From the NCBI GenBank assembly GCA_964016885.1, contig OZ024740.1, positions 113,646,001 through 113,710,000 on the forward strand: 64,000 nucleotides of DNA, given 5' to 3'. How positions within the stretch are numbered: the first letter of the stretch is position 1; the number at the start of each line of letters is the position of its first letter. Position numbers and translations under genes: made by a program. Below, piece by piece: positions 54,959 to 64,000 of the stretch. Source of the DNA: Eledone cirrhosa. Lineage: Eukaryota. Under the pieces are notes generated by a model. It was not told the origin of the DNA. It was given only the letters and a program-made list of their open reading frames with translations, and did not search any database.

Positions 54959-57029
54959 ATATATATATATATATATATATTTGTGTGTGAGTGCGTGTGC
55001 GTGTGTTTGCAGGATATCCGTAGATAAAAGAACATGGGAAACAATGCTTAATCTAGTACAAGGGAACTTACATATTTTATATTAAAATTATACATGTACC
55101 GTGTATGCGCGAACTTAGGTTTCATTCAACGTCACGATTGGGTCTTAGGATAGCGCTGATATATGTAATGTTGTTGGATTATACATAATTCATACGCTTA
55201 GATGTAGATTTCCCAACCAATTCATCAATTGCTCCTAAAGTTATGAAGGTGAATTATCGCCCTTCGCTTTTTAAATTCGAACATTTTACGTTATACGAGA
55301 TGTATCCGTATTGTAACAGGCTTATTTAAAGTTTTTTATTTTAAAATTACAACAGAGGTTACAAACTTTTTATCCATGCACATCGATTCAAAACAAATTG
55401 CGCGTACCTCTCTGTTCATATAGCGGGGCTATATCATAAACTACGATTTTATGCAGAGCTACCACCCTTTTTCTTTGACTGGAATTCTTCACGAAATACG
55501 ACAATGTTTCCGATAGTAACGGTTTTTCCTTTAAATGTGTCTCTACGCCTGATGCAAGAGGCCAGCTGTAGAAGTGCTCTTCCATTATAGAGTGGTAGCC
55601 ATAACTGGACCACGAAAGCTAAGGTCACGCATACTCTTTAATTGTACGGAATTTTAATATAATCTCTCTCTCTATATATATATATATAGTTGTTATATAG
55701 TAAGGTGCATTATTGGTTGTGTAAAATGGACCAATAACTTTATGTTAGCAATATTAAGTTCTCCACGCATTTGTATATCTTCAATTACATTCAAGGGAAG
55801 AGCTAGATGATGTAAAACGGAATATAAGTATCAAAATGAAAATCTGAAGGCAAGGTAAAATTCCAATCATTTAACCACGACACATGTTTCAATAAGAGAT
55901 GGATCGATTGTGAAGCCATGATCTATTATCACTGATCTCATCAGGTGAAAATGAATTGTCTTCAAATTCTTGATATGAGGGAGAAAAATAACGATGTTCT
56001 CTCACAGAATTCATTCCCTCATATGAAGACACACCAGTCAGAGACACGGCGACTGCTATTAACTTCAGTTGAGGTCATAAAAGTTTTCAGATTTCTATCG
56101 CTGCAAAAGACGCTGGACATCAATCAAATACACCGGCTCGAGGTCAAAGAAAAATATATACATATATATACACACATCAACACAGTATTAAACCTGTAGA
56201 GTTAGTGTGGGTGGGTACACACACACTCTCACACACACCGAAGCGATGTCCGAGAAAAAACAAATATAAGAAAACAAATATAATAAAACAAATATAAGAA
56301 TGTACCAAAACAGCACTCAGCGAAAGTTAGTTCACAAAACAACAGAAGCTATATTGATCAAATCTCAATTTGACGATGTAAATTGGAAATATTGGTATTT
56401 CTATTGAATATTTTATAATATCTGTGCGATCTAGGGAAGCATTTGTCTAAGGCCCTAAAGAAAAGCCTAGTTATACTAGTGGTCAGGCCAGTTGAGTAAG
56501 GGGGATTATACCACAGGACTTTTCTGGTCCGATGCCTCTTGTTCTTACTAATTATATTATAATTACTTGTCTCCCTAGTAGTTACTGGTCTATTGTAACT
56601 GGAAATTTCCTGTGGGTCGATGGTGTACTAGGGTGTCACGATTGTGTTCGGAATCGTCCCAAGTCTCCAGGGCGGTGTACCCCCCGTGCGGCCATTTGGA
56701 TTACCCTCGATAGCCGGGGTTGTATCCACTATGCGTCTGCTACACCTGTCCCTATTCCCCTTACTCGACCCTCGTTCCATACTGCGTTCAACGGTAGTTT
56801 TATCGGTTCCACAATTAAGGTTACCGTTAGATACATACACATATTTATATATATGTATATATATAATTACATATAACTGCAGGAATACCCCAGAAAACTT
56901 TAATTTGACTTCTCAGGTGAATATAAATTTGTATATACATATTTATGTTCATGCTCAGATACACACACAAGTGCTTATATATAGACATATTCATAGATAT
57001 TAATTATTTTCTTATTCGTAAAAAATAGC

Positions 57030-57038
57030 CTATGTTTA

Positions 57039-57088
<50 letters not shown>

Positions 57089-57287
57089 CACATACCCACA
57101 TATGAGCGTGTGTGTGTGTGTGTATATGTGTGTTGGGTTGTGTATGTACTTACAGCCCGGCAAAGAGATAAACTATTTCATTTCCGCAAACATAAATATA
57201 TACGTACATAAATATGCACACATATGTATAAATATGTAGATACATACACACACATATATATATATAAATATACACACACATATACAT

Positions 57288-57356
<69 letters not shown>

Positions 57357-57400
57357 CATATCTATTTATGTATATATTTATATATATATTTATATATATT

Positions 57401-57431
<31 letters not shown>

Positions 57432-57472
57432 GTATTTATACATATATATATATATATGTATATATATATGTG

Positions 57473-57565
<93 letters not shown>

Positions 57566-57600
57566 TTATGCATATATATATATTTATATATGTACACACA
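57030..57600. repeat. Long degenerate (TA)n/(CA)n microsatellite field
   Basis: Direct reading. Confidence 0.95.
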
Positions 57601-58078
57601 CTTATTTAACTAATTACTACATTACATTTCTAAACTAAAAAGCAAATAACATACAAAGGAAAACAACAAAAAATGGTAAAAACATATGCAATAAATAAAA
57701 AGAGCAACGAATTCTCTTCAATTCATTAGAGGACATACTTTACTTGAGGCTAAATTTTCGCTTTGATTTATATGAGAGAAAAAATGTTAGGGATAAATGA
57801 ATATACAAAGTTTCCTTTATTAATGAGAATATTTACTACATATTTATCATCGAATAAACTATAAAGCTATTTTGTTGCTTGATTTTGTTGGTTTTGTGTA
57901 GTTTTTGCTTTTATCATACAACGATCAATACCTTGTGATTATGCGATTTCTCCGTCATTGATTATAAAGCACTTTATGAAATTTAGTCGGGATAACGTAG
58001 GTCGCAGTCGTATAATATATTTTGATTTTACTTAATACGTGCATATATATATATATATGTATATAGGTAGGCATGTGT

Positions 58079-58207
<129 letters not shown>

Positions 58208-58350
58208 TAAATATATATATATATATGTGTATATGTGTTTATGTATATATATAAATAAATATATATGTATATATGGATATATATGGATATATTTATAAAT
58301 AAATATATATGCATGTGTGTGTATATATATATATTTATTTAATACACACT

Positions 58351-58388
<38 letters not shown>

Positions 58389-59534
58389 CACGCATGCATA
58401 TATGCGTGTATGAGAGCCTACAGATGGGTGCATCTGTGTGTTTTATTTGGCCATCCAAACTCATATGTTTAAATAACGATCTATACATGAACTCGTTATA
58501 TATCATTTATATTTATGTTTCAACCTATGTTTATATATCAATACCGGGCTCAGTGTTTATATATTTACAATACTATAAGGAAGTTTACACAGGTACCCAC
58601 ACAAACCCCCACGCTCACTCACACATACACATTACACATCATTTTATATACATAAGTATATATCTGTGTTTACATGTTCAATTTTGCGCATATACAAATA
58701 TTTATTTACTTAAATATCTATATATATTTCTATCGATATTATCTCCATTGATAGTTGGATGTGTAAATATATACACATATATTAGGATTTGTGTTTGTCG
58801 ATGGAAATTTTGAGTTAAAATCCTGCAGTGAAGTTTGACCATGCCTTGGCCGTGTTAGGCGTCGAATACATTTACACTCCATCCTCTCAGAGGAAGTGGT
58901 ACAATAGAAATTGACTTAAAATTAATCTATTATAACATGGATTGAATGGAAATTCGTTCTAGCCATCCATAATTTTATAATTTTGTTTTCAATAATAGCA
59001 AGTTAACATAAGCTTTACAAATAAATCTAAGGTTACATTCTCTTTTCGATAACGAAATATCAGCCTTGAGTTGTTTAATCAACCGAATAACCTACCTCAT
59101 TCAAATTAACAAAATTTTCTTGTGGACTCGTGTGACAAAGCAGGGGTTTTTAATAACACGTATTGTTCATCCGATGAGCTTTAAATCATTAACCGTCTTT
59201 CCAATTTCACTCACTACTCTTCGGTCTACTCGAAGATATGGTAAAAGTAATTTTCTAAAGACATCAGTTATTGCGACCTACCATGGCGATTCTTCTTTGC
59301 AAAGTAAAATTCGCATCCACACAGCACTATGCTTGTATCTGATAACTATAATTTAAATATATAGAATAAATAAGTATATAAAATCTTAAATTATAACCAT
59401 GATTATTAAGAATAATGTTAATAATTTGCACACTGACCAAGTGGTTCGGAGTGGATGTCGAAAATATAATTTGTATAACTCCTCTGCGTTGATCATTTTC
59501 AAAACTAGCAAAGCACTAAACCGATGTCTTGCTC

Positions 59535-59608
59535 TTAAAAATCTAGGAATAACTTCATTGAAGAAGACACACCCACATGTTTCCCACATATTTAGACATG
59601 CCCGCATA

Positions 59609-59639
<31 letters not shown>

Positions 59640-59721
59640 AATATATAATATTAATATGCGGGCATGTCTAAATATGTGGGAAACATGTGGGTGTGTCTTC
59701 TTCAATGAAGTTATTCCTAGA

Positions 59722-59728
<7 letters not shown>
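59535..59728. repeat. Perfect ~85-bp inverted repeat with (TA)n spacer
   Basis: TTAAAAATCTAGG...GCATATTAATAT / ATATTAATATGC...CCTAGATTTTTAA. Confidence 0.95.
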
Positions 59729-59793
<65 letters not shown>

Positions 59794-59926
59794 TATATAT
59801 TAGGGTAAATATTGATGCAATTCAATTCAAGCACTCAACGTACTTTTTCCACATAGGAGTGACGGAGTAAATATCGAATAAGAAAAAGCGAAGTAGTTTC
59901 AGATGTTCAAGTTCTTTAATAATAAT

Positions 59927-60000
59927 GCTGTGATATATATTTCAATGACGACACTGGCCACACTGTTCTGTGTGAGAGTGTCGTGACATCATCAGACAGC
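59927..60000 (-). ncRNA. Type I hammerhead motif with 45-nt stem II (family HH5)
   Basis: GCTGT-CTGATGA-(ACGACACT/AGTGTCGT, CACAC/GTGTG)-GAAA-TATATA-TC-ACAGC. Confidence 0.82.
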
Positions 60001-61290
60001 TTGTTATATAATAAGGTTATGTTTCCGAGGCAATCCAAGTTGAATGGACATGGGAACGGACGAAGTGTGTGCTTTTGGGTTCTTCATCCGTTCCCCTGTG
60101 AGTACCAATTCACTCCACCGTCTGCGCAGGCGCATGTCCGAAGGAAGTTGACCATTAGCTACCGCAGATTTCAACGAAATTCGCTTAGTCAGTTCACCCT
60201 GCCAGCCAAACAATAACCCATTTAGGCCTGTACCATAGTTTACTGCTACCCGTCCCGTCTGTGACAGTCAGCCGAAAGCCAGAGGGAGTGGGAGAGTGTT
60301 AGTTTTTACAGGTCACAGTACTACCTCTCACCAAGCATGGACAGTACGACTGACTATCAACTCCCAAGAGAAAATATACTTAATTCTAGGTATCATGGTT
60401 TTACATTGGAAGTTATGAGTGAGAGTTGGAAATAAAAATAAAAATCCTAAATCAAAAATTATAAATTAAACAATTAAAAAATTAACAATTAGAAATTAAA
60501 AAAATTTTCAAGCGAGAATCCGGATTGAGTTGAGTAAAACAACATATAGATTGAAGTGAGTAAATAATATGGAGAGAGATGTTTAAGTAAGAAGTCCTGA
60601 AAGGGGTTCTAATGTTACAGTTACACTATCCACACATTGAACAATAGTGCCGTACAGTAGAACGGAGAGTAAACTACAGTATTAAAGGCAGTAGTCAATC
60701 TGGTACACAGTCATAATTTCCATCACATGGAACAAAACCAAAGAAAAACAGATATAAAGTACACAAAAGAAATGAACCAATAATGAATTATAGCAAAAAC
60801 ACAGAGTACATATATGCAAAATGATCTATATGATTGTCAATTTGTCAATGTATAGATTGAATTGAGGGGGCTTCTGTTCAAAAGCTATTTGGTGCAGGAA
60901 AATATGGGTTTATCTTAGTTTTTGTTTCCGCGTATTTATCCTGCCGAAAGTTACTATTATGTCCGTCTAGTGTCAGGGGTTTCCATCCCCATGGTAGAGG
61001 GAAATTCTATGCTCATGGTTGGTTCCTCTCTTCTCCCCCATATCGGTTACATTATAGAGCGCTCAACTAATTGGAGCTAAATTCTTAGAGTAAATATTGA
61101 TGCAATTCAATTCAAGCACTCAACGTACTTTTTCCACATAGGAGTAACGGAGTAAATATCGAATAAGTAAAACGAAGTAGTTTCAGATGTTCAAGTTCTT
61201 TAATAATAATTGTTTCTACTTTAGGCACAAGGCCAGCAATTACCCAGTGCATTGCTGGTACTTTATTAATACTGGTACTTTAATAATAAT

Positions 61291-61364
61291 GCTGTGATAT
61301 ATATTTCAATGACGACACTGGCCACACTGTTCTGTGTGCGAGTGCCGTGACATCATCAGACAGC
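61291..61364 (-). ncRNA. Type I hammerhead motif (family HH5, copy 2)
   Basis: Same core, stems and AUC cleavage triplet as 59927-60000. Confidence 0.8.
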
Positions 61365-62014
61365 TTGTTACATAATAAGGTTATGTTTCCGAGGCAATCC
61401 AAGTTGAATCGACATGGAAACGGATGAAGTGTGTGCTTTTGGGTTCTTCATCCATTCCCCTGTGAGTACCAATTCACCCCCACCACAGGCGTACTGTCCA
61501 TGCTTGGTGAGAGGTAGTATTGTGACCTGTAAACACTAACACTCTCCCATCCCCAATGGGTCATTGTTTGGCTGAGAGGGTGAACTGACTATGCGAATTT
61601 CGTTGAAATCTGCGGTAGCTAATGGTCAACTTCCTTCGGACATGCGCCTGCTCAGACCGGTGGGGTGAATTGGTACTCACAGGGGAACGGATGAAGAACT
61701 CCAAAACACACACTTCGTCCGTTCCCATGTCGATTCAACTTGGATTGCCTCGGAAACATAACCTTATTATGTAACAAGCTGTCTGATGATGTCACGACAC
61801 TCGCACAATGACGAAACTGGCCACACTGTTCTGTGTGCGAGTGTCGTGACATCACCAGCATTATTATTAAGAGGTTAACTTTGCCTTTCATCCTTACGGG
61901 TGCGATAAAATAAAGTACCAGTAATGCACTGGGTATTTGCTGGCCTTGTGCCTAAAGTAGAAACAATTATTGTTAAAGGACTTGAACATCTGAAACTACT
62001 TCGCTTTTATTTAT

Positions 62015-62093
<79 letters not shown>

Positions 62094-62213
62094 ATAATTC
62101 GAGAGGGTCATGTTGCTAATAAGAAGCACACGCACCAGTTGCTTTCACTTCAATTTATTATAAATTAAATTTATAAATTTCCGGTTGGTTGGTTGGTTCC
62201 ACAACCAGACGAT

Positions 62214-62549
62214 TGTTCAACTAGAAATGTAGTATATCGCATAAGATGTACTGAAGGACAATGTAGAGATAAGAATATAGTGTATATATGTGTGACAGCT
62301 CGTAGTATAGGAGAACGGATAAATGAACACTGGCGAGAGCTTCAAAATAGTAAAGAATCAGCTGTGCTTTACCAACATGCTAATATAGGACATAAGGGTA
62401 AATTAGAGAACATAAAAATAGACATAGAATCTACACACAGAAAAGACGCAATGTTTAGACAAAACACAGAGGCAATAAACATAAATGAACTCCAACCAAA
62501 ATTAAATAGAAAGCATGAATGGAATAGCAACATCACAACTTACAATTAA
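62214..62549 (+). pseudogene. GIY-YIG endonuclease domain of a Penelope-like element
   Basis: CSTRNVVYRIRC..C....YICVTARSIGERINEH, LYQH, FRQNTEAINI, PKLNRKHEW. Confidence 0.85.
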
Positions 62550-62741
62550 GGACAAAATGAAAACACACATAGAACAAACAACCAACCAGTAACATGTAAA
62601 TAAACAAATAAATGAACAAATATAAACACACACAGACACCCGGATGTAGCCCATGCGCAAACTAAGCACACAACACACACAAAACAAGATGGCGTAGGAC
62701 AGAACAAAGGAGAGGCACAAAAACAAAGAAAATAATCCCCA

Positions 62742-62784
62742 GTCATTGAAGAGGTCACAGAATGTGTGACGAAAGAACTTTGAC
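62742..62784 (+). ncRNA. Degenerate type I hammerhead motif (family HH6)
   Basis: GTCA-TTGAAGA-G-GTCACA-GAATG-TGTGAC-GAAA-GAAC-TT-TGAC; C3 mutated to T. Confidence 0.6.
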
Positions 62785-62982
62785 AATATATGAACAATCG
62801 TCTGGTTGTGGAACCAACCAACCAACCAACCGGAAATTTATAAATTTATAAATTTAATTTATAATAAAATGAAGTGAAAGCAACTAGTGCGTGTGTTTCT
62901 TGTTGGCAACATGAGTATGACAATATCGGTTTCAATACACGTTTTCAGATAAAGGATCTTGCTAAACAAATTCAGAAACGAA

Positions 62983-63336
<354 letters not shown>

Positions 63337-63340
63337 AAAA

Positions 63341-63539
63341 TGGAACGATCGACTTTCGTCAAATCGGACCGAGGGAACACGGTTACCGTTGGTCTTTCCA
63401 ATTGCTAATACTATCTATCGGTCGCAACTCCAGGTAGAAGGAGCAACGTGAAATAAAGTGTCTTGCTCAAGGACATAACGCATCGCCTGGTCCAGGAATC
63501 GAACTCACATCCAATTCTCTAGCCACTCAGCCACACGCC
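63341..63539 (-). mobile_element. SINE family B copy
   Basis: Reverse complement of 15010-15219. Confidence 0.85.
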
Positions 63540-63544
63540 TTCAC

Positions 63545-63576
<32 letters not shown>

Positions 63577-63580
63577 TATA

Positions 63581-63702
<122 letters not shown>

Positions 63703-64000
63703 TAGTATATTTACGAACATATGCGTACAGATGTACACTAATGCTAGCAAATACATAAGTTATGTCATAGTACCTAGGTGGTTCAATGCAGGTGGATGCA
63801 GAACAATTATATGAAAGACGTAAAATAAGAAAAATTTAAAAATTAAAAATTAACTTACTAAAATTTTCACTCCAACTAATTAGTTTCTGTAATGGTATAA
63901 AGATAGTTACGTAATGTAACTGTCGAGAATTCATTACGTCATCAGGGAGTCTATTCTCAGCTAAGTCTCCAGGCAATGCGCGGACACTAGTGACTCATAT

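Larger units (their letters stand above)
59802..62018 (-). mobile_element. Hammerhead-bearing composite with direct and inverted terminal-repeat copies (probable Penelope-like partial tandem)
   Basis: 59802-60120 repeats directly at 61087-61485; inverted pieces at 61490-61550, 61555-61808 and 61973-62018. Confidence 0.75.

Overview
AT-rich, microsatellite-saturated eukaryotic DNA with no supportable host gene. The repeat landscape is most consistent with an octopus or other coleoid cephalopod genome (inference). All protein similarity belongs to decayed transposons: three Tx1-like (L1-clade) LINE copies, one near full length, plus an endonuclease relic; a Penelope-like element (RT + Cys linker + GIY-YIG); a second Penelope-like family represented by 3' ends with inverted termini; an internally deleted Helitron and a non-autonomous relative; RTE and mariner relics; and about 20 copies or fragments of two tRNA-derived SINE families. 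The most notable unexplained structure is non-coding. At least six sequence-distinct families of type I hammerhead ribozyme motifs (CUGANGA...GAAA, short mostly palindromic stem III, often a long stem II) sit in fold-back or tandem cassettes embedded in (TA)n tracts. There is also a ~190-bp element whose ~110-bp hairpin is kept by compensatory change. Coordinates were read by eye and may be off by a few bases.
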